Part shown: in pieces, positions 18,291 through 27,444 of the stretch | Layout of the letters: each line of letters opens with the position of its first letter | How positions within the stretch are numbered: the stretch's first letter is position 1 | Origin: Verrucomicrobiota bacterium | Lineage (GTDB): Bacteria; Verrucomicrobiota; Verrucomicrobiia; Limisphaerales; UBA9464 | Direction of reading: 5' to 3' | Length of the DNA: 36,925 nt | Assembly: GCA_039796255.1 (NCBI GenBank) | Contig: JBDKKE010000456.1 | Span: 1-36,925, forward strand | Position numbers and translations under genes: made by a program | Notes under the pieces: model-generated | Databases searched by the model: none | The model's input: the letters and a program-made list of their open reading frames with translations, nothing else | Told to the model about the DNA's origin: nothing

Positions 18291-18366
18291 TGGTGGAGCC
18301 GACAGGATTCGAACCTGCGACCCCCACAATGCCATTGTGGTGCTCTACCAACTGAGCTACGACCCC
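18291..18366 (-). tRNA. tRNA-Ala (anticodon GGC), CCA encoded
   Basis: The reverse complement is GGGGTCGTAGCTCAGTTGGTAGAGCACCACAATGGCATTGTGGGGGTCGCAGGTTCGAATCCTGTCGGCTCCACCA. It folds as a cloverleaf with a 7-bp acceptor stem and the G3:U70 alanine identity pair. Other features: D-arm GCTC/GAGC, anticodon stem CCACA/TGTGG with loop ATGGCAT, and T-loop TTCGAAT. Confidence 0.95.
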
Positions 18367-18408
18367 AATACCGAAGCGGGCGAGACGATAGAAATCCGCA
18401 GCGGGGTG

Positions 18409-18864
18409 TCAAAGGCTTTTGCCATCAAACTCTGGAGCGGAGGGCAGACTGTGGAGCAGTTGGCGGTCCGCTTCGGGGAAGGAATGGAGGGCCAGAGACT
18501 CTGCTGTGACCCATGCCAGCGCGGCGCAGCCCACCGGACGCGGCTCACCGGAACGCAGGGAGGCGACGTAAAAGCGGAGCCGGACGATTTTTTCCGGATA
18601 CGCATGGGTGACCTCGGAAAACAGGCGCCCGACCGAGACCGAAACGTCCAGTTCCTCCCGGAGTTCGCGGACCAGCGCCTGCTCCCAGGATTCACCCGGC
18701 TCCAGCTTTCCTCCGGGAAACTCCCAGAGACCTCCCAGATGGGTGCCGGCGGGACGCTGGGTGATCAGGAGGCGACCGGACCGGAAGATCAGTCCGGCCG
18801 CCACGTCGATCTGCGGCGGCACTTCGCGCGGAGCGGATCCCGACGCCCGACTCCCGGAATCCAT
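18409..18864 (-). CDS. mutT: Nudix hydrolase, MutT-like (8-oxo-dGTP diphosphatase family)
   Basis: Canonical Nudix box GGKLEPGESWEQALVRELREELDV, preceded by GLWEFPGG. The ATG at 18864 shares one base with the ugd stop (TGATG). Confidence 0.85.
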   Translation of the reverse strand: MDSGSRASGSAPREVPPQIDVAAGLIFRSGRLLITQRPAGTHLGGLWEFPGGKLEPGESWEQALVRELREELDVSVSVGRLFSEVTHAYPEKIVRLRFYVASLRSGEPRPVGCAALAWVTAESLALHSFPEADRQLLHSLPSAPEFDGKSL

Positions 18865-20177
18865 CAAGCCACGCGGCCGATGCTCTTGTAGATGAAGCCC
18901 AGGCGCTCCATTTCCTCCGGATCGAACAGATTCCGGCCGTCGATGATGATCGGGGTATTCATCGCCTTGCGGGTCCGGGTGAGGTCGAGTTGGGTAAACT
19001 GAGGCCACTCGGTGGCGATCACCAGGGCGTCGCAGCCCTCGGGCACGGCGTCCTGGTTCGGGAGGTATTCCACCTGCGGACCGGCTGGCAGAAGCGCCTG
19101 GGCCTTCTCCATGGCCTGGGGATCGAACACCCGAAGGCGGGCCCCTTCCTTGACCAATCGCTGGCAGAGCTCAATGGCCGGGGAGGTGCGGACGTCATCC
19201 GTATTTTGCTTGAAGGCGAGGCCCAGGACGCCCACCCGCTTGTCCTTCAGCACCCACAGGGTGTCGGTGAGCTTCTTGAAGAAGCGGTCCATCTGCTCGG
19301 CATTGATCTGCTGGACCTCCTTGAGCAGGCGGAAGTCGTAGCCGAGTTCGCTGGAGATGTGGATGAAGGCGGAAAGATCCTTGGGAAAACAGGAGCCACC
19401 GAAGCCGAGTCCGGCCTGCAGGAAGCGGGTGCCGATGCGGGCGTCCAGTCCCATGCCCCGGGTCACTTCCTGGACATTGGCGCCGGCCGCCTCGCAGATC
19501 ACCGACAGGGCATTGGCGTAGGAAATCTTGAGCGCGAGGAAGGAATTGGCGGCGTGTTTGATGAGTTCGGCCGAGTTGGTGTCGGTAACGATGATCGGGG
19601 CCTGGAATGGCTCGTACACCTCCCGCATGGCGGTCACCGGACGCTGGCTGCCCGTGCCGATGACAATGCGGTCGGGTTTCATCAGATCCTCCACCGCAAA
19701 CCCCTCCCGCAAAAACTCCGGATTGCTGACCACGTCAAACTCCACCTTGGCTTTGCAGTACCGGCGGATGGTTTCGGCGACCTTCTCCGCCGTCTTCACC
19801 GGCACCGTGCTCTTGTCGACAATGATCCGGTAGCTGGTGAGCTGCGAGGCGATCTCCCGGGCAACGCCCTCGATGAAACTCAGGTCCACCGAACCATCCG
19901 GTTGGGGCGGCGTGGGAACGGCGATGAAAATGATGTCGGACTCGGCGACCCCCTCGGCCGTGGAGTTGGTGAACCGGAGCCGGCCGGCCGCAACATTCTT
20001 CTGGACGAGCTCCTCCAGACCGGGTTCGTAGATGGGAATCCCGCCCTTCTGGAGCATTTCGACCTTTTTCGGATCCTTGTCCACACACAGGACCTGGTGT
20101 CCCACTTCCGCGAAGCAGGTGCCGGAAACCAGGCCCACGTATCCAGTGCCGATGATGGTGATGCGCGTGCTTTTCAT
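18864..20177 (-). CDS. ugd: UDP-glucose 6-dehydrogenase
   Basis: N-terminal Rossmann MKSTRITIIGTGYVGLVSGTCFAEVGHQVLCVDKD. Catalytic-Cys context GFGGSCFPKD. 437 aa from the ATG at 20177. Confidence 0.93.
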   Translation of the reverse strand: MKSTRITIIGTGYVGLVSGTCFAEVGHQVLCVDKDPKKVEMLQKGGIPIYEPGLEELVQKNVAAGRLRFTNSTAEGVAESDIIFIAVPTPPQPDGSVDLSFIEGVAREIASQLTSYRIIVDKSTVPVKTAEKVAETIRRYCKAKVEFDVVSNPEFLREGFAVEDLMKPDRIVIGTGSQRPVTAMREVYEPFQAPIIVTDTNSAELIKHAANSFLALKISYANALSVICEAAGANVQEVTRGMGLDARIGTRFLQAGLGFGGSCFPKDLSAFIHISSELGYDFRLLKEVQQINAEQMDRFFKKLTDTLWVLKDKRVGVLGLAFKQNTDDVRTSPAIELCQRLVKEGARLRVFDPQAMEKAQALLPAGPQVEYLPNQDAVPEGCDALVIATEWPQFTQLDLTRTRKAMNTPIIIDGRNLFDPEEMERLGFIYKSIGRVA

Positions 20178-20349
20178 AAGTGAGGAGACAATTCTAGGAA
20201 CGGATGGATTTCCCGCCTGAACAGGTGGATGCGGGGAGGCCTGACGGGAAGGCCTCCACGATACGGAAACTGGCACGGACTGGACCGCAGACCTCCGGAC
20301 CGTCGGGATTGGACGGGGAGTCGGAGGATCTGAACGGGGTCCGGAATTC

Positions 20350-21108
20350 TTATTTGGCGGCCGGGAGGGCCACCGGGGGATTAGTGCCCGGGACTACCCG
20401 GACCTGATTGGTGCTTACCAGCGGAACATCGAGTTCCGGATGCTGCGCCAGGAGGCGCAGGCGGGCAGCTCCAGCGAGTTCCTGGTATCCGAGGGAATAC
20501 TCGTTTCTCAGGATATCCTCCAGCAGGGAAAGAGCCTGGGGTGGTTGAGCACCCTGGATCAGCCGCGCCTTGGCGAGCCGTGCCTGCTGTGCAGGCCCTT
20601 CATTGGGGAAGAGACTGATGACCCGGTCGTAGGCGGCGACGGCCTCGTTGGTCTTGTTTTGCGCATCCAGCGAGGCGCCGATTCCCAGCAGGGCGATGCC
20701 GAGGAAGGGGCTGTCGGAGGCGGCATCCTCGAGACCGGTAAACTGGGTCTGGGCCTCTGCAAACTTGCCTTCCGCGAACAACTGTCCGGCCGCCAGCAGG
20801 CGGGCCTGGATCGCGGACGGCGTGCCGGCGAACTGCTGGCTGAGCTGCAGCAGCTTCTGCGGCTCAACCGGGAGGGGCGTCTGGCCGGGGCCGCTCGGCG
20901 GCATGAGTGCCAGCAGCTGCGCTGCGGCATCCTTGACTGCGGCCTGATGCCGGGCGCGGACCACCATGACTCCGACCGCAACCGCGCACAGCACCCCCAC
21001 TCCGGCCACGATGGGGCGCAGGTTCAGCTCGAACCAGGTCACAAAATCGAACGAGGGCGCGGAGGCCGGGGCGGAAGGCGTGGGCGACGGAAGCGTCGGT
21101 AAACTCAT
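20350..21108 (-). CDS. Membrane-anchored TPR-like protein (YfgM-like topology); start ATG 21108 or TTG 21141
   Basis: Single N-terminal TM helix (IVAGVGVLCAVAVGVMVV), followed by an Ala/Leu/Gln-rich helical-repeat region (AEGKFAEAQTQF.., NKTNEAVAAYDRVISLFP). No catalytic motif is recognised. Confidence 0.5.
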   Translation of the reverse strand: MSLPTLPSPTPSAPASAPSFDFVTWFELNLRPIVAGVGVLCAVAVGVMVVRARHQAAVKDAAAQLLALMPPSGPGQTPLPVEPQKLLQLSQQFAGTPSAIQARLLAAGQLFAEGKFAEAQTQFTGLEDAASDSPFLGIALLGIGASLDAQNKTNEAVAAYDRVISLFPNEGPAQQARLAKARLIQGAQPPQALSLLEDILRNEYSLGYQELAGAARLRLLAQHPELDVPLVSTNQVRVVPGTNPPVALPAAK

Positions 21109-21218
21109 AAACCGCTGCGGATCATTCGGGCGGAAAGTCAAAAAACAAGGGGTAAAAGCAGAGAGATGCCCAACTCCGCGTTTGAAAAGGTCACCGAGGA
21201 CCCCAACGCTGGGCCCCT

Positions 21219-21911
21219 GTGCTCGGCACGTTCCTCAATGTGGCAGGCGTCCTGGGAGGCGCTCTGACCGGTCGCTGCGCCCCTCGCACCCTTCCCGAAG
21301 CCCGCCAACTCCAGGCCCGGCGAATTCTTACCGGACTCACCCTCCTCACGGGTGTCATGGTCATCGCCTCCGCCCTGCCGCCCCACGTCGGGGCGAGTCT
21401 CAAACTCGGGCTGGTGGCGCTGACGGCCCTTTGCCTGGGCAGTCTGACCGGACACCTACTGGGCCTGCACCGTCTGCTCGGCCGAGCAGTCGTCTGGGCC
21501 GGAAACCGGGATTCAGGTCCAGCCGGATTCCCTCTGGAAGTCGTGGTGCTCGTTGCCAATCCGCTGGGGATTGTGGGGGCCGTGCTGGAGGGTTGGACCG
21601 GAGATTGGCGGCCGCTGGGATTGAAGGCGTCCCTCGACACCCTGGCTGCGCTGGGATTTGCCGCGGCGGGGAGCCGGACGGTCTGGCTGGCGGCCCTGCC
21701 CATGTGGGCCGTGCAGGGAACACTGACGCTGGGCGCCGCCCTGCTGGTCCAGCGATTTCCGGATCCGGCCCCGGCTGCCGCCCTTAGGCTCTGCGCCGGC
21801 CTGATGGTGGTGGCTGCGACTCCGGTCATTCTGGGCCTGCGCAAGGTTCCGCTGGCCAACTATCTTCCATCACTGGTCTACGGACCGCTGCTGGCGGCCT
21901 GGTGGTGTTGA
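21219..21911 (+). CDS. DUF554 family membrane protein (YqgA-like)
   Basis: GTG start. N-terminus MLGTFLNVAGVLGGALTGR and the internal GIVGAVLEGWTGDWRPLGLKASLD follow the YqgA/DUF554 pattern (GxFxN..AVLxGxxxG, G..G..NEG.TGD...L..K..LD). About 6 TM segments. Confidence 0.72.
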   Translation: MLGTFLNVAGVLGGALTGRCAPRTLPEARQLQARRILTGLTLLTGVMVIASALPPHVGASLKLGLVALTALCLGSLTGHLLGLHRLLGRAVVWAGNRDSGPAGFPLEVVVLVANPLGIVGAVLEGWTGDWRPLGLKASLDTLAALGFAAAGSRTVWLAALPMWAVQGTLTLGAALLVQRFPDPAPAAALRLCAGLMVVAATPVILGLRKVPLANYLPSLVYGPLLAAWWC

Positions 21912-21930
21912 GGCTCCTGATTGTGCGTTT

Positions 21931-22713
21931 CTACTCCTTGCCACCCGCGATGCCTTCAGGGGGTCGCGTCGGGAAGCTGCTGGTGCGGGGCGGGACGGCA
22001 CCGGCATCCTGCATCAGGTCCACCAATCCCCGATGGGTGGCGAACCAGAAGGCGCCGCCGGCCACCGTCATTCCTGCGGCGGCCACCGAGAGACAGCCCG
22101 GACCGAATCGCTGATAGGCGAGGGTGCCGATCCAGCCGCCGGTGGCGAAGGCGAAGATCAGCAGGCTGAGGAAACGGAGTTTCCACCACTCGATCTGCCC
22201 GTGGCGCAGCCAGTGTCCCAGCATCACGCCGACATCGGTCACCGAACCCGTGACGTGGGTGGTGCGAATCATCAGTCCGCAGTAGCTGCTGGTCATCGCG
22301 TTCTGAAGTCCGCAGGCCATGGCCACGGTAGGCAGACCCCAGCGGGTGCGCTGGATCAGCAACGCCGTGGCGATGGCCAGCAGTCCGCCCTCCACCATCA
22401 TGACGGCCCCGTATCGGCGGCTGGGAACGAGTTTCAATGCACCCACCAGGACCCCGGCCACCAGTGCCCCGACCATAAACCCCAGCACAATGCTCAACGA
22501 GGCCCAGGCGTCCTCCGAGTCTCCGGCGGCGAGGTCCACGCCCAGGTGCGCCACCGCGCCCGTCATGTGGCTCACCGGGGTATGGAAGAATCCCAGGACC
22601 ACCGAGTTGACGTAGCCGGCGGTCGCCGTGAGGCCGAGGGCCCCGGGGAGGAGGAAGCGGATATCGCGGAACGCGGCCTTCCTCTGCGCGGCTGGGGAGT
22701 GGGAGAAGGGCAT
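21931..22713 (-). CDS. YoaK/DUF1275 family membrane protein
   Basis: 260 aa, polytopic. TATAGYVNSVVLGFFHTPVSHMTGAV and a repeated MIRTTHVTGSVTDVG motif resemble the duplicated MTGN/TG motif of DUF1275. Confidence 0.65.
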   Translation of the reverse strand: MPFSHSPAAQRKAAFRDIRFLLPGALGLTATAGYVNSVVLGFFHTPVSHMTGAVAHLGVDLAAGDSEDAWASLSIVLGFMVGALVAGVLVGALKLVPSRRYGAVMMVEGGLLAIATALLIQRTRWGLPTVAMACGLQNAMTSSYCGLMIRTTHVTGSVTDVGVMLGHWLRHGQIEWWKLRFLSLLIFAFATGGWIGTLAYQRFGPGCLSVAAAGMTVAGGAFWFATHRGLVDLMQDAGAVPPRTSSFPTRPPEGIAGGKE

Positions 22714-23078
22714 CGGCAGATCCGGAAAGGGGGGAGGAGACCACGATCCCGGCGGAGAGCAGTGTCGGGGCCTGGCGGCCCGGAGCGCAAGCCGGCCTCG
22801 GAACTCGTCAGGCGCCTCTCGACACGGCCCCCTTTGTTAATCCCGCCATCGGGCGTTTCAGACCCGGGCGCAGGCCAACCGCGTGACTGCTGAACTGCGC
22901 ACCGCCGCCTCTCCTCGTTCGGGGCAGTTTCCCGAGGCACCCGTACCATTTCGTGTGGGCAGTCGCCCCTTGACGCCTGTCGGGACGCTCCACAGCATGA
23001 AGTGGTCGGTTCGTTCGCCACGCGGTCCTCCGCTGCGTGCCGTCTCCTCGGAGGTTCATTTGCCTACTCACCCACGCG

Positions 23079-23963
23079 ATGCTTTCGGTCCTCATTCCGG
23101 TCTACAATTTTGACATCACCCCGCTGGTCCGGAGTTTGCATCAACAGTTGTCGTTGGAGGCGAAGCCGTTTGAAATCATCCTGCTGGACGATGGATCCCA
23201 GCCGTCCTTCAAGGAGGTAAACCGGGCCGTCCGGGAACTGTCCCACGTGGTGTACGAGGAACTGCCGAAGAACGTCGGACGCTCCCGCATTCGCAACCTG
23301 ATGGCCCAAAGGGCGCGGTTTGAACACCTGCTGTATCTGGATTGTGACTCGGAGTTGGAGGACTCGCAGTTCATCCACCGGTATGTCGCCGTGGCGGATG
23401 GAAAGACCGTGGTCAACGGTGGACGGTCCTATGCCAGTACCCCGCCTGCGGATGTCACCGTCTTCTTCCGGTGGAAATACGGGATCTGCCGCGAGACGGT
23501 CAACGCCGCCGAGCGCAACCGGGAGCCTTACTTCTTTTTCCTCTCCAACAACTTTCTCATTCCCCGAACGGTCATGCTGCAGGTTCCGTTCAATGAAAAA
23601 CTGTCCGGCTACGGCCATGAGGACACGCTGCTGGCCATCGAGTTGGGCCAGGTGGGCGTCCCGGTGCGGCATATCGACAATCCGGCCCGGCACATCGGAC
23701 TGGAATCGGCAGCCGACTTTCTGGGCAAGTGGGACCAAAGCATCGCCAATCTGCACCGCCTGATGGCGCAGAATGTTCCGATGCAGCATCTGAAGCTGGT
23801 TCAGTGGTATCTCAAGCTGAACCACCCTCCGCTGCGCTGGTTGTTCACCACCGGATTCAAGGTGATCGAACCCCTCGTCCTCCGGAACCTCAACGGACCC
23901 AATCCCTCCCTCTTCCTCTTCGATGGACTCCGCCTCGCCCGGGTCCTGTCCTACCGCCCGTAA
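23079..23963 (+). CDS. Family 2 glycosyltransferase
   Basis: MLSVLIPVYNFDITPLVRSL..FEIILLDDGS..LYLDCDS are GT-A fold / GT2 signatures (the DDGS and DxD-like DCD motifs). Confidence 0.85.
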   Translation: MLSVLIPVYNFDITPLVRSLHQQLSLEAKPFEIILLDDGSQPSFKEVNRAVRELSHVVYEELPKNVGRSRIRNLMAQRARFEHLLYLDCDSELEDSQFIHRYVAVADGKTVVNGGRSYASTPPADVTVFFRWKYGICRETVNAAERNREPYFFFLSNNFLIPRTVMLQVPFNEKLSGYGHEDTLLAIELGQVGVPVRHIDNPARHIGLESAADFLGKWDQSIANLHRLMAQNVPMQHLKLVQWYLKLNHPPLRWLFTTGFKVIEPLVLRNLNGPNPSLFLFDGLRLARVLSYRP

Positions 23964-24132
23964 GTCCCGGGGCCCGCCCCGGGGGAGTCCATCGGGGAAT
24001 GCAGAGACGATTCACTGCGTAAACGATCTTGCGCACGGGCGGGCTTCCGTCCCAACGTCCCTGACCTCCCGCAGATGTGCTCCGGCTCCGGCCCCGTGGT
24101 CGTTCTTGCCGAACCCCCCGGGAGGACGTGCC

Positions 24133-24444
24133 ATGAATCTCGGTAAGCCCAGCAACCGGATGCCCGCAGCGGGCGGAGCCGGACGGGCGCTCTTCGCCCC
24201 GCAATGGGCGGCGGGATTCCGGACTCTGGCCGACAGTTTTGGAGGGGAAACACCTTCTACTTCGGGCGACTGGCGGCAGCTCCAACAGCCAGTCGGTGTG
24301 ATCCATGCCACGGTGGGGACTAGGCTGGATCATTCGTTGTCAACGGCCCAGTGCCGGCGACTTCATTCCGAAACGGTGTTTCTCCTCCTTTCTTTTTCGG
24401 CTCCGGGGATGGACATCCGGAGGCCCGGCGGCAGGCTGGCCTGA
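24133..24444 (+). CDS. Speculative small hypothetical protein upstream of the DUF971 gene
   Basis: An ATG at 24133 is preceded by GGGAGGA with a 6-nt spacer. Its stop overlaps the DUF971 ATG (TGATG at 24442-24446). The 103-aa product has no recognisable motif. Third-position GC (about 68% by hand count) is similar to a real-gene sample, so it does not discriminate. Confidence 0.3.
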   Translation: MNLGKPSNRMPAAGGAGRALFAPQWAAGFRTLADSFGGETPSTSGDWRQLQQPVGVIHATVGTRLDHSLSTAQCRRLHSETVFLLLSFSAPGMDIRRPGGRLA

Positions 24445-24770
24445 TGCAACCGGTGGATCTGACGCCGATCGGGACGGAGCTCGCCATCCGGTGGGATGAC
24501 GGCGCCGAATCCTTCGTCCCGCTCGAGACCCTGCGGCGCTTCTGTCCCTGCGCCTCCTGCATGGGCGAGAAGGACATTCTGGGCAACACCTACAAGCCGC
24601 CCGCCCGCCCCTACGCCGCCAACGCCTTTCAACTGGCCCGTCTAAGCCCGGTGGGGGGCTACGGGATCCAGCCGGCCTGGGCGGACGGCCATGGCACCGG
24701 CATTTATTCCTGGGAATACCTGCGCCAGGTGGCGGATTCCCCTCACGCTTCAACACCAGACCATCCCTGA
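24444..24770 (+). CDS. DUF971 domain protein (gamma-butyrobetaine hydroxylase-like N-terminal zinc-binding fold)
   Basis: LAIRWDDGAESFVPLETLRRFCPCASCMGE..GYGIQPAWADGHGTGIYSWEYLR matches the DUF971 pattern (L.I.W.DG, LR..CPCA.C, W.DGH.TGIY). Confidence 0.75.
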   Translation: MQPVDLTPIGTELAIRWDDGAESFVPLETLRRFCPCASCMGEKDILGNTYKPPARPYAANAFQLARLSPVGGYGIQPAWADGHGTGIYSWEYLRQVADSPHASTPDHP

Positions 24771-24922
24771 TCGTTCGACACGGTTGTCGAGTGGTTGGGA
24801 AAGCCGAGGGGATGAACGGATGCAGCGGGCGGTAACGCTGGCCCATGCTGTCCGATCCATGGGCGGGTTCGGCGGTTTTTCCGTGTTTCGTGGACGCCGA
24901 CGTGGCGTTCTCTCTGCTGCCA

Positions 24923-25684
24923 ATGATCGACGTCGAGGGACTGACCAAGGTGTACGGCGAATTTACTGCCGTCCGGGACCTCTCGTTTTCCGTGAAGCCC
25001 GGAGAACTGCTGGGACTGGTGGGGCCCAACGGGGCCGGTAAGACCACCAGCCTGCGCTGCCTGGCGGGAATCATCCCGGCCACGCGGGGCAGCATCCGGA
25101 TCGCCGGACACGACCTCGCGCGCGATCCGGTCGCTGCGAAGCGGGAGATGGCCTACTTTTCCGACGAACCCCGCCTCTTCGACCACCTCACCGTCCGGCA
25201 GCATTTGGAGTTCACCGCCCGCCTGTACCAGGTGGCGGAGGCCGCAAACCGCATTCCTGCGTTGCTCACGGAACTGGAGTTGAATGACCGGAGCCACCAC
25301 CTGCCCTCCGAGCTCTCCCGGGGTATGAAACAGAAGGTGGCGCTTGCCTGCGGACTGCTGCACGCGCCGCGGGTGATCCTTTTTGATGAGCCGCTCACCG
25401 GACTCGACCCGCTCGCCATCCGGCGCATGAAGGACACCATCCGGCGCCTTGGGCGGGAGGGGGCGGCGATTGTCATCAGCTCGCACCTGCTGCCGCTGCT
25501 GGAGGAGATCTGCACCCATGTGCTGATTCTCAAGCAGGGCTTCCGCGTGGCCTTTGGAACCTTGTCCGAGGTGCACCAGCAGTTCGCCGGGGAGGGAGAC
25601 CAGAATCTGGAGGACGTCTTCGTGCGCCTGGCGATGGAGGAGGCCCCGCCACGACTGCCGAACACCGGGCCACCGTCCGTATGA
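24923..25684 (+). CDS. ABC transporter ATP-binding protein (ABC-2 / DrrA-like)
   Basis: Walker A GPNGAGKTT, Q-loop, signature LSRGMKQKVAL, Walker B ILFDEPLTGLD, and H-loop SSHLL. Confidence 0.93.
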   Translation: MIDVEGLTKVYGEFTAVRDLSFSVKPGELLGLVGPNGAGKTTSLRCLAGIIPATRGSIRIAGHDLARDPVAAKREMAYFSDEPRLFDHLTVRQHLEFTARLYQVAEAANRIPALLTELELNDRSHHLPSELSRGMKQKVALACGLLHAPRVILFDEPLTGLDPLAIRRMKDTIRRLGREGAAIVISSHLLPLLEEICTHVLILKQGFRVAFGTLSEVHQQFAGEGDQNLEDVFVRLAMEEAPPRLPNTGPPSV

Positions 25685-27444
25685 CCCTGCGTCCCCTCAT
25701 CGGAGCCCTGTTCTACCTGCAGACCCGGTCGCTCGCCAACGCCCTGCGCATCCGGTGGCTGCGTCTGCGTCAGCCCAAATACCTCATCGGTGCAGTGGTC
25801 GGGTTGGGATACCTTTACACCTTCTTCTTCCGCCACCTGTTTGGCGGATGGGGTTCCGCTCCCTCTCCATGGGGGGATTCTTCGGAATGGCGTTCCCTCT
25901 TCCAATCCGGTGCGGCGGTGGGGGTGTTCGCCATCGCCGTGAGCCAATGGATTTTTTGCGGCTCCCGGGCCGCTCTCCAGTTCTCCGAGGCGGAACTGGC
26001 CTTCCTGCTGCCGGCACCCATGTCTCGACGGATGCTCATCCGCTATAAACTGCTCCGCTCCCAGCTCGGCACGCTGCTATCCGCGGTGATCTTCACCCTG
26101 GTCACCGGACGCTTCGCCCGCGACGGACTCGTCGTCATCCATGTTTTGTCCGGATGGATGGTCCTGACGGCCCTGGGACTCCACGGAACGGGAGTCTCCT
26201 TCACTATGCAGCGTCTTACCGAACGGGGCCTGTCCACGGTGAAGTTTCGTGCCGCTGTCCTGCTGCTGCTGCTGCTGTTCGTCAGCGGCGTGTTTCTCTG
26301 GATGCGGGCCCTGCCCCCTCTCTCGATCACCGGCGAGGATCCTCTGGCTTCCGGACGCCAACTCGGCGGATGGCTGGGCCAGGCGCTGACGTCCGGTCCC
26401 GCCCCGTGGCTGCTGGCTCCCTTTCGCTGGTTGGTGCGACCGTGGTTTGCGGCCGGTCCCGGGTCCTTCGCCATGGCTGCGCTTCCCGTCCTGGTGATGC
26501 TGGGTCTGCTGTTCCGGTGGGTGGAACGGTCTGAGGTGGGGTTTGAGGAAGCGTCGCTGGACCTGGCCCGGAAGCGCACCGAGACGGTGACTGCCATGCG
26601 TTCGGGCAAAGGCGCGTTCCTACAGCGACCGCGCACCCCGGCTCCCAACCCCTTTGTGCTGGCACCCACCGGCTTCGCCCCTTTGAGCCTGATGTGGAAT
26701 CACCTCATCCATGCCCGGGTTACCCCGCGCCGGGTGGGCCTTTTGGTGGGCGGCGTGCTGCTGGCGACGATGGGTCTTCGCTGGGCCCCTCTTCCGGAAG
26801 CCGTCCGCTCCACTGCGGGCGTCGTGCTCCTGATCGCCTTCGCCGCCCTCGCCCTTCTGGGGGGAACCCACACCAGCTCCGGACTGCGTCGCGATCTGGG
26901 CATGCTGGAGGTGATGAAGGGGTATCCACTACCCGGATGGCAGATTGTGCTCGGAGAACTTCTCGGACCGGCCCTGGTCATTCTCGGTTTGCAGTGGCTG
27001 GCGGCGCTGGGTGCGGTCATCACCCTGCCCAGCCTGGAGTCCCTGACCGGAGGGCGGGGACTCCTGCTCGGGGTCGGAACCCTGTGCGCCGTCGTGGTCG
27101 TGGCTCCATTGAATTTGGTCAACGCCCTGGTGCCGGCCGCGGCGACCCTGCTGTTTCCGGCGTGGGCCCGCCCGGGCCGCGACATTCAACAGCCCGGATT
27201 TGAGGCCATGGGACAACGGATCGTCTTCGGCGCCGCGCAACTGATCCTGGTGGCGGTCTCGCTCGTGCCGGCTGCCGGACTGGGCGTTGGCGGCTATCTC
27301 CTTCTGAACCGAATCTCCGGTCCGGTCTCCGGTCTGGCCGCCGCCGCGCTGCTGGCGTCCGTGATGCTCTCTGTGGAGGCATGGTTCGGCATTCGCCTTC
27401 TGGGAAAACTGTTCGATCGCTACGACGGTTCGGAAGACCGCTAA
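25681..27444 (+). CDS. Large polytopic membrane protein, putative ABC exporter permease partner
   Basis: The ATG overlaps the ATPase stop (ATGA). 587 aa with about 10 or more hydrophobic segments. The N-terminal LRPLIGALFYLQTRSLANALRIRWLRLRQPKYLIG recalls the 'putative ABC exporter' family. That family assignment is from memory of its pattern and is not verified. Confidence 0.65.
   Translation: MTLRPLIGALFYLQTRSLANALRIRWLRLRQPKYLIGAVVGLGYLYTFFFRHLFGGWGSAPSPWGDSSEWRSLFQSGAAVGVFAIAVSQWIFCGSRAALQFSEAELAFLLPAPMSRRMLIRYKLLRSQLGTLLSAVIFTLVTGRFARDGLVVIHVLSGWMVLTALGLHGTGVSFTMQRLTERGLSTVKFRAAVLLLLLLFVSGVFLWMRALPPLSITGEDPLASGRQLGGWLGQALTSGPAPWLLAPFRWLVRPWFAAGPGSFAMAALPVLVMLGLLFRWVERSEVGFEEASLDLARKRTETVTAMRSGKGAFLQRPRTPAPNPFVLAPTGFAPLSLMWNHLIHARVTPRRVGLLVGGVLLATMGLRWAPLPEAVRSTAGVVLLIAFAALALLGGTHTSSGLRRDLGMLEVMKGYPLPGWQIVLGELLGPALVILGLQWLAALGAVITLPSLESLTGGRGLLLGVGTLCAVVVVAPLNLVNALVPAAATLLFPAWARPGRDIQQPGFEAMGQRIVFGAAQLILVAVSLVPAAGLGVGGYLLLNRISGPVSGLAAAALLASVMLSVEAWFGIRLLGKLFDRYDGSEDR

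Noticed and set aside
18204-18408. tRNA-Ala as an attachment site for a genomic island or prophage
   Set aside because: No integrase, recombinase, phage gene or duplicated tRNA 3' segment lies on either side. The flanking genes are ordinary housekeeping genes.
18262-18891. 209-aa + strand ORF crossing the tRNA-Ala gene and the Nudix gene
   Set aside because: It reads through a bona fide tRNA and is antisense to a gene with a canonical Nudix box, so it is spurious.
22714-23078. 366-bp divergent intergenic region examined for ncRNA (SRP RNA, RNase P, 6S, tmRNA motifs) and for a TTGACG..CAGCAT promoter
   Set aside because: No diagnostic conserved ncRNA motif was found by eye. The promoter match is weak (3/6 in the -10 element), so I do not report it as a feature.
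24340-25095. 251-aa minus-strand ORF overlapping the DUF971 and ABC ATPase genes
   Set aside because: It is antisense to two genes with clear family motifs (CPCASC/DGH, and Walker A/signature/Walker B). Its composition is Arg/Pro-rich.
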